Below, piece after piece: positions 24,050 through 31,569 of a stretch of 56,130 nt of DNA. The DNA is from a virus. The notes beneath the pieces were generated by a model. That model worked only from the letters and a program-made list of their open reading frames with translations, searched no databases and had not been told where the DNA came from. Every line of letters begins with the position of its first letter. The first letter of the stretch is position 1. Made by a program: the position numbers and the translations under genes. The DNA lies in IMG/VR virus record IMGVR_UViG_3300019377_000001, positions 1 through 56,130 of that record; one strand, given 5' to 3'.

Positions 24050-24534
24050 GAGGCGCCCACCAGGGAAGCGAGGATCGTCGTGGCGGCCTTGCGGCGCCGG
24101 TAGGTGTCTACGGCCACCAGGGCGGCGTCGTGGTCGTCCAGGTGCTCGTCCCACACGGCCTGCTCGTCGGCGGGCCAGTCGCGCACGTACTGCGACGCGC
24201 GGACGTCGGGGATCAGCAGCGTGAGCTTCTCGACGTCGAGGCCGGCCAGGATCGCGCTGAACGCCATCCACATCGTGGAGACCGACGCGGCGTCGGGCGT
24301 GAAGTGGCTGCAGTCGCAGTCGGGCTGCCCGACGTACGACATGCACCGGACCTCGTCGGTGCCGGAGTGGCGGGTGTGGCCGTGGGTGCACACGCACGTG
24401 AGCGGGGACGGGTACCCGTCGACGCGGCACACGACGCCGGCCTCGTCGTCGCCGTCGAGCAGGAACTGCTCACGCAGGGCTTCGAGCCGTTCGGTCAGCT
24501 CGTCGGTGGTGGTGCTGGTGGTGGTGTCGCTCAT
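24046..24534 (-). CDS. Hypothetical Cys/His-rich protein
   Basis: 162-aa ORF (MSDTTTSTTTDELTERLEAL...CVCTHGHTRH...CDCSHF). Confidence 0.7.
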   Translation of the reverse strand: MSDTTTSTTTDELTERLEALREQFLLDGDDEAGVVCRVDGYPSPLTCVCTHGHTRHSGTDEVRCMSYVGQPDCDCSHFTPDAASVSTMWMAFSAILAGLDVEKLTLLIPDVRASQYVRDWPADEQAVWDEHLDDHDAALVAVDTYRRRKAATTILASLVGAS

Positions 24535-24559
24535 CGTTCCTCCGTGGTGCTGGTGGTGG

Positions 24560-24721
24560 TCAGGGAAGGGTTCGTGCGAGCAGGTAAAGACCGAGTATCG
24601 CCAGGATCAGGTAGCCGCTGCGCGGCGTGCGCGCCGACCACCAGGCGATCTGGTGGCACACAGCGATCAGGCCGTACAGCACGGCGAACAGCGCCAGGCC
24701 GACGGACAGCGGCTCGATCAC
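24560..24721 (-). CDS. Small membrane protein
   Basis: I trimmed the ORF to the GTG at 24721 (GTGA overlap). VIEPLSVGLALFAVLYGLIAV... Confidence 0.45.
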   Translation of the reverse strand: MIEPLSVGLALFAVLYGLIAVCHQIAWWSARTPRSGYLILAILGLYLLARTLP

Positions 24722-24843
24722 CGGTCCGGGCCCCAGGTGCGGCCACAGGTGCACTGCCACCGCCAGGGGAGGTCGGTGGGGGTGGTCACGACGGCGCGGT
24801 ACGGCTGGATGAGGTGGCCGCGGAGCCGGTGCCACCAGATCAC
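24718..24843 (-). CDS. Hypothetical small protein (41 aa)
   Basis: I trimmed the ORF to the GTG at 24843 (GTGA overlap). VIWWHRLRGHLIQPY...CTCGRTW. Confidence 0.4.
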   Translation of the reverse strand: MIWWHRLRGHLIQPYRAVVTTPTDLPWRWQCTCGRTWGPDR

Positions 24844-25133
24844 TTGAGCCTCCGGAGTGCTTCGACCACGGCCTCCAGCAGCTCGTACTGCTCCTGGTCG
24901 GTGGTGCCGGTTTCCTGCTGGGCGGTGGTGGTCACGGGCGTGTGCCTCTCTCGTGTGGTGGTGGTCGTGGGTAGAGCCTGCAGTAGCTGGGCGGCGGCCA
25001 CCTGGTCGATCTCCAGGTGGAAGTCGTCCGAGCCGGGGTGTCGGTTCGTCCAGAGGCGCCCTTCGGGCGCGTGCGCGGCGAGCGCGTTGCGGAGCAAGAT
25101 CGCGGCCTCGTGGCTGGCCTGCACGCGGAACAT
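24840..25133 (-). CDS. Hypothetical protein
   Basis: The ATG at 25133 follows GGAGGCCCGC. An upstream extension (IDYNDPQLRERLEAR) is possible from a non-canonical start. Confidence 0.5.
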   Translation of the reverse strand: MFRVQASHEAAILLRNALAAHAPEGRLWTNRHPGSDDFHLEIDQVAAAQLLQALPTTTTTRERHTPVTTTAQQETGTTDQEQYELLEAVVEALRRLK

Positions 25134-25214
25134 GCGGGCCTCCAGGCGTTCGCGTAGCTGCGGGTCGTTGTAGTCGATGCGTCCTCCCGTGGTGGGTCCT
25201 GCCGTGCACCCCCG

Positions 25215-25243
25215 CCCGGGAACCGCGGTGTGCGGGTCCCGGG
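25215..25243 (-). terminator. Hairpin after gene 25256..25702
   Basis: CCCGGGA...TCCCGGG outer stem with an inner CCGC/GCGG stem. Confidence 0.4.
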
Positions 25244-25255
25244 CCGGTGAACGCG

Positions 25256-25702
25256 TCAGGCGCGGTAGTACGCACGGATCAGGTCGAACATCTCGGCGGG
25301 GGACGCCGGGCCGACGTGCTCCTCGTCGGGGTCGTCGCTCTCGATGTAGACGCCGACCTCGGCGGTGGCGGCGAAGAAGAACAGGCCGATCTGGTCGACG
25401 CCGTCCTGGTGGAGGAACACGCCGCGGGTGCCGCGGTTGCCGAGGGTGTACTCCTCGATGTGGACGTCGGCGGGCACCAGGCGCTCGATGACACCGGCGG
25501 CGACGATGCCGCGCTCGATGCCGGATGCGAGCGCCGGGTCGTTGAGGACGGCGAGGGCGTCGGGGGAGGGGACCTGGAGGCCGAGCAGGTCGGCCAGGTG
25601 GTCGCCGTCGCGCACGGTGGTGAAGTCGTCCGACGCCTCGAGCGCGAGGATCAGGTCGATGTCGGTGGTGGCCGGGGCGGTGGTGGTCGTGGTGGTGGTC
25701 AC
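25256..25702 (-). CDS. Hypothetical protein
   Basis: I trimmed the ORF to the GTG at 25702, after GGGAGCCACC. 148 aa. It is the first gene behind cassette C. Confidence 0.65.
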   Translation of the reverse strand: MTTTTTTTAPATTDIDLILALEASDDFTTVRDGDHLADLLGLQVPSPDALAVLNDPALASGIERGIVAAGVIERLVPADVHIEEYTLGNRGTRGVFLHQDGVDQIGLFFFAATAEVGVYIESDDPDEEHVGPASPAEMFDLIRAYYRA

Positions 25703-25724
25703 GGTGGCTCCCTGGGGGCTGCGG

Positions 25725-25785
25725 GTCGGGACGTTTTCCCTGACCTCGTGACACGAATCTACCACACGCATGTGGGGGGTACAAA
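25725..25785 (-). promoter_or_regulatory. Conserved promoter-operator-leader cassette, copy C
   Basis: The -10 is TAGATT. Variant palindrome CCACATGCGTGTGG (sense strand) at 25762-25775. Bulged hairpin at 25725-25744. Confidence 0.55.
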
Positions 25786-25841
25786 CGTGCGCGTGGCGCC
25801 CGCGGAGGTTCCGCGGACGCCACGCGCTGGGGCGGTGCTGG

Positions 25842-26507
25842 TCAGGGGTGCAGGGCGGCGAACCTGTTCCGTAGCTCGAGCGCGTGCCGCATGACCTGGT
25901 CCGGGTCGCCAGCCCGGAAGTCGCTGAGGCGCTCGACCTCCACGGACAGGGCCTGGAAGATCCGGGCGACGTCGGTCGGGGTCAACTCGACGCTGACGTT
26001 CGCCTCGGGGCGGCGAAGGTCCGCGACCTCGGCCGTGTGGAACATCTCCCCCACGCGCAGGACGGCGACGCCGGGCTCCATCAGGTGCTGGTAGCGGGCG
26101 ACGCCGGGCACCAGGCCGCCGCGGGTACGGGGGCCGACGTACTCCACGACCTCGCCGTGCCGGTAGGGGTGGGTGACCGGGTGGAGGGGCTCGTGGCGGC
26201 CGACGACGGCGGCGGGCTCGGGCGCGGGGTCGGTTCCCGGCTCGATGAGGCGGACGCGGATCACGACGGGCGAACCGGTGGACGGCGCGAACCGCCACAT
26301 GCCGCCGTTCACGTCGTCGCCGCTGCCGGTCGTGCGGACCACGGCCCACTCGGTGCGGGTCATGGTGGCCTGGGCGGCGTACTCGGCCGCCTGGCGGGCC
26401 GTGCTGGTCTCGTAGCGGCGGACGGGGGCTCCCTCGATGGGCATTCCCTCCCAGTCCACGGCAACGGTCTCGTAGTAGCTCTTGGCGGCCGGGGCGGTGG
26501 TGTTCAC
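25842..26507 (-). CDS. Hypothetical protein (single-gene unit)
   Basis: I trimmed the ORF to the GTG at 26507, after AAGGAGACACC. 221 aa. Confidence 0.65.
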   Translation of the reverse strand: MNTTAPAAKSYYETVAVDWEGMPIEGAPVRRYETSTARQAAEYAAQATMTRTEWAVVRTTGSGDDVNGGMWRFAPSTGSPVVIRVRLIEPGTDPAPEPAAVVGRHEPLHPVTHPYRHGEVVEYVGPRTRGGLVPGVARYQHLMEPGVAVLRVGEMFHTAEVADLRRPEANVSVELTPTDVARIFQALSVEVERLSDFRAGDPDQVMRHALELRNRFAALHP

Positions 26508-26527
26508 GGTGTCTCCTTCGGGTGCGG

Positions 26528-26588
26528 GTCGGGGCGTTTCCCCTGACCTCGTGTTACTACAGTACCACATGCATGTGGGGCGAGTGGA
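26528..26588 (-). promoter_or_regulatory. Conserved promoter-operator-leader cassette, copy D
   Basis: Sense strand reads TCCACT-18 nt-TACTGT. Palindrome at 26565-26578. Bulged hairpin at 26528-26547. Confidence 0.6.
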
Positions 26589-26593
26589 GCGGG

Positions 26594-26619
26594 GCCCGGC
26601 CCCGGGGTGGGGGCCGGGC
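26594..26619 (-). terminator. Hairpin terminator
   Basis: 10-bp stem GCCCGGCCCC / GGGGCCGGGC. Confidence 0.5.
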
Positions 26620-26627
26620 CGGGCGGG

Positions 26628-27047
26628 TCACTTCGCGACGCGGATGTTCCGGCCGACGTTGAGGGTGAACACCTGGGTCACGCCGTCGGAGTCGCGCGTG
26701 AACGCGGTGCGGCGGGTCGGGTCGAGGCGCAGGGTGCGCGGGTCCACGCGGGTGCTGACCGACGTGACGCGGAACCGGCGGCCGTCCTTGTTCACCAGGA
26801 CGTGCCCGGGGCGGACGAGCTCGGCCTTGACGGTCGTCACGTCGCGCTCGGTCGGGGCGGGCTTCGGGGCGTCCGTCGCGTCGGGGAGGTAGACGTTGAA
26901 CGCCTTCACCTTGCGGGCGCGGCCGTTCGCCTTCACGGTCGCCGTGCCGTCGTCGTTGAGGCGGACGAACACGCCGGGGCGCTTGCCGGTGGTGCTGTTG
27001 ACCAGGACGGCGGTACCGGCGGGGGTGGTGGCGGTGGCGTTCTGCAT
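26628..27047 (-). CDS. Hypothetical basic protein (single-gene unit)
   Basis: 139-aa ORF with its ATG after GGGAGTCACC. Confidence 0.7.
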   Translation of the reverse strand: MQNATATTPAGTAVLVNSTTGKRPGVFVRLNDDGTATVKANGRARKVKAFNVYLPDATDAPKPAPTERDVTTVKAELVRPGHVLVNKDGRRFRVTSVSTRVDPRTLRLDPTRRTAFTRDSDGVTQVFTLNVGRNIRVAK

Positions 27048-27068
27048 GGTGACTCCCGTGGTGACTGG

Positions 27069-27129
27069 GTCGGGACTCGTTCCCTGACCTCGTGACAGAA
27101 CAGTACCACATGCATGTGGGGTCTGTGGA
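27069..27129 (-). promoter_or_regulatory. Conserved promoter-operator-leader cassette, copy E
   Basis: Sense strand reads TCCACA-18 nt-TACTGT. Palindrome at 27106-27119. Bulged hairpin GTCAGGGA-ACGAG-TCCCGAC at 27069-27088. Confidence 0.6.
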
Positions 27130-27137
27130 GCGAGGAA

Positions 27138-27162
27138 CGCCCCGCCCGGGGTGGGCGGGGCG
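27138..27162 (-). terminator. Hairpin terminator
   Basis: 9-10-bp stem GCCCCGCCC / GGGCGGGGC. Confidence 0.5.
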
Positions 27163-27173
27163 CTCGGTGGTTG

Positions 27174-27461
27174 TCAGTCCTGGTCGTCGTTGTCGTCCTG
27201 GCGCCAGGTGCCGACGCGAACGTACGTGTCGGTGATCGGGTCGTACGCCTTCACGGTGCCGCTGTCGGCCACGGACGCCCGCAGGGGCTCGCTGCCGTCG
27301 GTCTCACCGGCCAGGGCCCGGGTGACCAGGGCGCGGACGCCCTCGACGCCCCAGGCGTCCACGTGCGACTCGGCGCCGTCGAGCAGCTCCTTGACGAACA
27401 CGACCGCGGCGCGGTCCGTGGCCTTGGCCGGGGTGACCTTGATGCTCGTGTGCGGGGCCAT
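27174..27461 (-). CDS. Hypothetical acidic protein (single-gene unit)
   Basis: I trimmed the ORF to the ATG at 27461, after GGGAAAGCCACC. 95 aa. Confidence 0.65.
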   Translation of the reverse strand: MAPHTSIKVTPAKATDRAAVVFVKELLDGAESHVDAWGVEGVRALVTRALAGETDGSEPLRASVADSGTVKAYDPITDTYVRVGTWRQDDNDDQD

Positions 27462-27482
27462 GGTGGCTTTCCCTTCGTCGTG

Positions 27483-27533
27483 GCCGGGACTGGTTCCCTG
27501 GCCGAACAAGAGAACAGTACCACATGCATGTGG
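27483..27533 (-). promoter_or_regulatory. Conserved promoter-operator-leader cassette, copy F
   Basis: The -10 is TACTGT. The palindrome at 27520-27533 abuts the stop codon of the exonuclease gene. Bulged hairpin at 27483-27502. Confidence 0.55.
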
Positions 27534-27535
27534 GG

Positions 27536-28123
27536 TCAGGCGAGCGAGTCGAGGTACTGCGCCATGACGCGGTTGTACCGGGCGTCCTCCAGGGCGTTGT
27601 GCTCGGTGCCCTCCTGGGCCGGCATCTCGGGGTTGCCTAGCCGGTACGACTCCTGGCGCAGGTCGTTCGTCCACATCGGCACGCCGTCGGGCAGGTCGAT
27701 CATCGGGCCCCAGAGCTGCGCGAGGGCCACGTGGTCGTACGCGCCGTACCAGGCCCACAGCTCGAGGTTCCCCTGCCCCGTGTGCGCCGCGGCCCACAGG
27801 AAGTCGCGGACCTCGTTCGCGATCGACCGGTGAGGCTTCACGGCCGTGCGCGCAGGGTCGAGCTGGATGCTCGCGAGCGCCGTTCGGGTCGCGTTCGTCT
27901 GGCTGTTCAGGTAGCTCTCCAGGGCCGGCTGTGACTCAGGCGTGAGGGGCAGGTGCGGGACGACGTTCCGAACGAGCCAGTCGTGCCGCAGGATGCGGTC
28001 CCACGGGCAGTCGCTGTTGACGGCGTAGTACGCCTGTCCGTCGTCGGTGACGAGCCCGATGGAGATCAGCTCGATGGTCTTCCCGTCCTCGAGGAATTCG
28101 GTGTCATAGAACACGCGTGTCAT
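27536..28123 (-). CDS. DEDDh 3'-5' exonuclease (Rv2179c/RNase T-like)
   Basis: YDTEFLEDG... (Exo I), ...WAWYGAYDHV... (Exo II), ...HNALEDAR (Exo III, DEDDh). Confidence 0.7.
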   Translation of the reverse strand: MTRVFYDTEFLEDGKTIELISIGLVTDDGQAYYAVNSDCPWDRILRHDWLVRNVVPHLPLTPESQPALESYLNSQTNATRTALASIQLDPARTAVKPHRSIANEVRDFLWAAAHTGQGNLELWAWYGAYDHVALAQLWGPMIDLPDGVPMWTNDLRQESYRLGNPEMPAQEGTEHNALEDARYNRVMAQYLDSLA

Positions 28124-28162
28124 GGGTCCTCCTGGTGGTGGTGTTCGGGTGGTCCATCATCG

Positions 28163-29110
28163 CTACGGCAGGTCCAGAACGCCCTGCTGGAGCCGGGTGC
28201 GCAGCGACAGGTCGAGGTACTCCTGCTTGAGCTCGATGCCGACGTACCGCCGGCCGTGGCGGGTCGCGGCGAGGCCGGTGGTGCCGGAGCCGCTGAACGG
28301 GTCCAGGACGACGTCGCCGGCGGCGGAGCCGGCCTGGATGCACCGCTCGGGTAGCTCGAGCGGGAACGTCGCGAAGTGGGACCCGGGGAACGGCGTTGTC
28401 GGGATGGCCCACACGTCGCCGGGGTTGCGTCCGCCGGGGTGCAGCGCGCGGGTGGCGTAGCCGCCCTTGCTGGGGTGGTCGTCGCGGTACCCGGAGCGGC
28501 CCTCGTGGCGGGCGCCGCGGGTGTCCTGCGGTTCGCGGATCGCGTCGAGGTCGAACTCGTAGCTCGCGCTCTTGGTGAGCAGGAACAGGTGCTCGTGGCG
28601 GCCGGAGAGCCGGTCGGTCACGGACTCGGGCATGGCGTTGGTCTTGTGCCAGATGATCTCGTTGCGCAGGATCCAGCCGTCGTCCTGCAGGGCGAACGCG
28701 ACCCGCCATGGGATGCCGAGGAGGTTCTTCTCGGGGCGGTCGAAGTCGCGCCGGCGCATCGCGGCCCGTTGCATCTTCTGCACGCGGCCCGGGTTGCTGA
28801 GCCGGGACTTGTCCCAGCCGTTGTCGCTGCCGCGCTGCTTGGTGCTGTAGCTGTCTCCGAGGTTGAGCCAGAGGGTGCCGTCGTCGGCCAGCACGCGGTG
28901 CACCTCGCGGATCACGTCCACGAGGCCGGCGACGAACGCGGCCGGGGAGTCCTCGGAGCCGAGTTGTCCGTCCACGCCGTAGTCGCGGAGCCCGTAGTAC
29001 GGCGGGGAGGTGACGACGCACTGGACGCTGGCGGGCTCGAGCTGGGCCAGGACCGTGGCGGCGTCGCCGTGGTGGAGGGTGATGTGGTCGTCGGCGTAGT
29101 AGGGGGTCAC
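28163..29110 (-). CDS. DNA methyltransferase, SPPY type (N4-cytosine or N6-adenine, beta class)
   Basis: VVTSPPYYGLRDY catalytic motif and C-terminal VLDPFSGSGTTG SAM motif. GTG start at 29110. Confidence 0.8.
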   Translation of the reverse strand: MTPYYADDHITLHHGDAATVLAQLEPASVQCVVTSPPYYGLRDYGVDGQLGSEDSPAAFVAGLVDVIREVHRVLADDGTLWLNLGDSYSTKQRGSDNGWDKSRLSNPGRVQKMQRAAMRRRDFDRPEKNLLGIPWRVAFALQDDGWILRNEIIWHKTNAMPESVTDRLSGRHEHLFLLTKSASYEFDLDAIREPQDTRGARHEGRSGYRDDHPSKGGYATRALHPGGRNPGDVWAIPTTPFPGSHFATFPLELPERCIQAGSAAGDVVLDPFSGSGTTGLAATRHGRRYVGIELKQEYLDLSLRTRLQQGVLDLP

Positions 29111-29150
29111 GGGTCGCTCCAGGGGGTGTGCGTCGGGGGTGATGCGAGCA

Positions 29151-29196
29151 CTGATACGGCCCGCTGTAGCAGCAGTGCATCAGCGGGCCGTATCAG
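29151..29196. promoter_or_regulatory. Perfect 16-bp stem-loop in the leader of the methylase gene
   Basis: CTGATACGGCCCGCTG / CAGCGGGCCGTATCAG with a 14-nt loop. Further GATAC/GTATC copies and the direct repeat GGGCTCACGGGG (29217-29230 and 29255-29266) lie nearby. Confidence 0.45.
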
Positions 29197-29317
29197 CGTC
29201 GCAGCCGCGGGATACCGGGGCTCACGGGGGTGTATCAGGGGCCCGGGGCCCGGAGGGCTCACGGGGCGCGCAGGGGGCGTTGTGGGGGTGTGGGTGGGGG
29301 TCGGTGATACGCCGGTC

Positions 29318-29343
29318 GGCGCGGCCCCCGTGGGGGCCGCGCC
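29318..29343 (-). terminator. Hairpin after gene 29351..29566
   Basis: 11-bp stem GGCGCGGCCCC / GGGGCCGCGCC. Confidence 0.55.
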
Positions 29344-29350
29344 GTCGGTG

Positions 29351-29566
29351 TCAGAGCCGCTTGGCCGCCGCGAGGCAGTGGCGGCACACGGTGTAGCGGT
29401 GGGACTTGGCGTGCTCGGTGGCGTTGAGGATCGCGTCGTGGACGTTCACGTACTCCCCCACGACCCGCATCCGGTCCCCCTTGGCGACGAGGTCCGCGCA
29501 GGGGCTCTGCGCGGCCGTCGTGCCGGTGATGTGGACCTTGGTTCCGTCGGCCTTGACCTCGAACAT
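29351..29566 (-). CDS. Hypothetical protein
   Basis: I trimmed the ORF to the ATG at 29566, after AAGGAGGCACCAC. 71 aa with C-terminal CRHC. Confidence 0.6.
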   Translation of the reverse strand: MFEVKADGTKVHITGTTAAQSPCADLVAKGDRMRVVGEYVNVHDAILNATEHAKSHRYTVCRHCLAAAKRL

Positions 29567-29587
29567 GTGGTGCCTCCTTGGCTCCGG

Positions 29588-29638
29588 GTCGGGACGGTTT
29601 CCCTGACCTCGTACCCCCAGGGTACCACATGCATGTTG
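29588..29638 (-). promoter_or_regulatory. Conserved promoter-operator-leader cassette, copy G
   Basis: The -10 is TACCCT. Variant palindrome CAACATGCATGTGG (sense strand) at 29625-29638. Bulged hairpin at 29588-29607. Confidence 0.5.
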
Positions 29639-29640
29639 GG

Positions 29641-29835
29641 TCATCCGTACGCCTTGCCGCTCTCGCGCACGACGTCGCCCGCGAACTGCGAGATCTCGCC
29701 CTCGTCGCTCGTGGTGAGCATGCCGGTCTGCAAACCGTCGGCGTTGCACACCACGAGGTGCAGCACGCCGTCGCGGTGCACGACATGCACCGTGCACGGT
29801 GCACCGCTGTTGCCGTTCGTCCAGTTCGTGGCCAT
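29641..29835 (-). CDS. Hypothetical protein
   Basis: 64-aa ORF (MATNWTNGNSGAPCTVHVVHRDG...). Confidence 0.6.
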   Translation of the reverse strand: MATNWTNGNSGAPCTVHVVHRDGVLHLVVCNADGLQTGMLTTSDEGEISQFAGDVVRESGKAYG

Positions 29836-29866
29836 GGTCGGTCCCCTTCGGTCGGTGGTGTGCAGG

Positions 29867-31072
29867 TCACGCCATGGCGGCCAGGACGGCGTCCCGGTCG
29901 TTGTACGCGGTGCGCAGCTTCACGTCGTGCCCGGCGGCGAGGAGCGCTTTGTGCACGGCGTCGCCGGTTGCAGTCCGGTTGCTCTGCAGGAAGGCCCGCA
30001 CGACATCGCGGCGCTCCGCGATGCTCGCGCGCTGTGCAGGTGCAATGTGCACGTGCGGGCGGGGCAGGTCTGCAACGATCGCGGCGGCCTCACGCTGCAC
30101 AGCCTCTGCAACCCGGGCGGCGTACGCCTCGTCCTGCACAACGTCGGGCTGTGCAGGCGGGGCCTGCACCGTTGCAACCTGGGTTGCATGTGCAACGGCC
30201 TGCACGCCGTCGTGCACGTGCACCTCGGGTGCAGGTGCAACCGGCTGCACACTGGTCTGCACGTGCACCTCGGGTGCAGGTGCAACGGGTGCTGCAAGTG
30301 CAGGTGCAGGTGCACCGGTGGTGAGGTCGGCCTGCATCCGCTGTGCAGTCCGTGCAGCGATCGTCGCGACGGACACCCGGACCTCCTCGCCGTAGCGGGC
30401 TGACTCGAGCCAGGCGCCGAGCTGGGCGTCGCGCTCGTCCTGGGGGACGTGCTTCGCGATCGCTCGGGCGGCCCGTCGTGCCCGCTGTGCGGCCAGCGGG
30501 GCGAGCCAGGTGCCGTTCGCCAGGCCCTCGGCCTCGCCCGCCTTGAAGAACGCGTACAGGAGGCCGTGACGGCGCTCCGCGGCACGGTGGGCGCGGTGCC
30601 GCCCGCCGCAGAACAGGTGGATCACCAGCTCCCACAGCCCGGCGGCGAGGAACGGGGCGAACAGGCGCCACCCGGCGGACGCCAGGGCGGCCGACAGGCT
30701 GAGGTCCCCGGACAGGTACTCCATGACCTCGAACAGGGCGCCGAACACGCCGGAGACGCCCGACAGGACCCAGGTCGCGGTGCGGAACAGGGCGGTCGGC
30801 TGCATGCGGTACGCCTCGATGAACGTCGCCGCGGCGACGACGGCGAGCGAGAGCTCGATGACGCCGCCGAACACGTAGCTCGTCACCTCGGAGAGCTGCA
30901 TGACGTTGCGGGCGAACGCGACGCCGCCGATGTACGCGGCGCCGTTCGCGACGACGGCGACGAGCAGCACGGCCGCGGTCAGGGCGATCAGGAGCCGGCG
31001 GATCACGGGCGGCTCGGGGTCGGTGGCGAGATGTGCAGGTGCAACGGGCGTGGTGGTGTGGTCGGTGTGCAC
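29867..31072 (-). CDS. Multi-pass membrane protein, DUF2637-like (as in actinomycete conjugative elements), with a repetitive Ala/Pro/Val/His/Gln C-terminal half
   Basis: 401 aa with a GTG start. About 4 N-terminal TM helices, then ...VAPAPEVHVQTSVQP VAPAPEVHVHDGVQA... encoded by the TGCA array. Confidence 0.75.
   Translation of the reverse strand: MHTDHTTTPVAPAHLATDPEPPVIRRLLIALTAAVLLVAVVANGAAYIGGVAFARNVMQLSEVTSYVFGGVIELSLAVVAAATFIEAYRMQPTALFRTATWVLSGVSGVFGALFEVMEYLSGDLSLSAALASAGWRLFAPFLAAGLWELVIHLFCGGRHRAHRAAERRHGLLYAFFKAGEAEGLANGTWLAPLAAQRARRAARAIAKHVPQDERDAQLGAWLESARYGEEVRVSVATIAARTAQRMQADLTTGAPAPALAAPVAPAPEVHVQTSVQPVAPAPEVHVHDGVQAVAHATQVATVQAPPAQPDVVQDEAYAARVAEAVQREAAAIVADLPRPHVHIAPAQRASIAERRDVVRAFLQSNRTATGDAVHKALLAAGHDVKLRTAYNDRDAVLAAMA
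29941..30370 (+). repeat. TGCA-hexamer array 1 (inside the 3' half of gene 29867..31072)
   Basis: I counted about 32 TGCA in about 420 nt by hand. GTGCAGGTGCA(A/G/C) occurs at 30034, 30229, 30274, 30298 and 30304. A 29-bp perfect direct repeat lies at 30213-30241 and 30258-30286. Confidence 0.85.
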
Positions 31073-31095
31073 GGGCTGTCCTCTCTGTGCAGGCG

Positions 31096-31156
31096 GTCGG
31101 GACTCGTTCCCTGACCTGGTGTGTGCACGCTACCACATGCATGTGGGGGTTGTGCA
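31096..31156 (-). promoter_or_regulatory. Conserved promoter-operator-leader cassette, copy H
   Basis: Sense strand reads TGCACA-18 nt-TAGCGT. Palindrome at 31133-31146. Bulged hairpin at 31096-31115. Confidence 0.55.
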
Positions 31157-31272
31157 GGGGGTGTGCAACGGCGTGTTACGGATGCACGTCTGCGACCTGC
31201 ACTTTTGCACTTGCAACTCGGGGTGCACGTGCAGGTGCACGACGGCGTGCACCCGGCGGGTTGCATGCAAGA

Positions 31273-31303
31273 GGGCCCGCTGCACGTGATGTGCAACGGG
31301 CCC
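31273..31303 (-). terminator. Hairpin after gene 31327..31569
   Basis: GGGCCCG / CGGGCCC stem followed on the sense strand by TCTTGC. Confidence 0.4.
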
Positions 31304-31326
31304 CTGGTTCTGCAGCTATGCGTGCA

Positions 31327-31569
31327 TCACGTCTCGGTGACCACGTAGACGTCAGGCCGGGCAGTGAGCACCTCGGCCTGGTGGCGGGCGAGCCGTTCGT
31401 AGATCGTCGGGTCGAGCTCCCCCAGGAAGGCGCCGCAGCCGCACGACGTGCCTCCGTTGTAGCCGGCCTGGGGCGGGTCGCTGTCCACGGGCAGGAGCTG
31501 CTCGTGATGCACGAGCAGCCGCGCCATGGCGTCGATGTTCAGGACGGGCAGCGGCTTCTCGGTCGTCAT
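31327..31569 (-). CDS. Hypothetical protein
   Basis: 80-aa ORF with an ATGA overlap with the lipoprotein gene. Confidence 0.65.
   Translation of the reverse strand: MTTEKPLPVLNIDAMARLLVHHEQLLPVDSDPPQAGYNGGTSCGCGAFLGELDPTIYERLARHQAEVLTARPDVYVVTET

Larger units (their letters stand above)
31021..31330 (+). repeat. TGCA-hexamer array 2 (5' end of gene 29867..31072, cassette H and the intergenic region)
   Basis: I counted about 22 TGCA in about 310 nt by hand. GTGCAGGTGCAA at 31033-31044 and GTGCAGGTGCAC at 31229-31240. Confidence 0.85.

Noticed and set aside
24840-25176. A longer version of gene 24840..25133 starting near 25176 (IDYNDPQLRERLEAR...)
   Set aside because: There is no ATG, GTG or TTG in frame behind the GGGAGGA at 25180-25186; only ATC is available. 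The ATG at 25133 has its own GGAGG at a good distance. The extension remains possible but unsupported.
29941-31330. CRISPR array as an explanation for the TGCA repeats or the ten repeated cassettes
   Set aside because: There is no fixed-length repeat alternating with unique spacers. The TGCA units are 6-12 nt and partly coding. The cassettes are 0.4-5 kb apart, each precedes a gene, and there are no cas genes.
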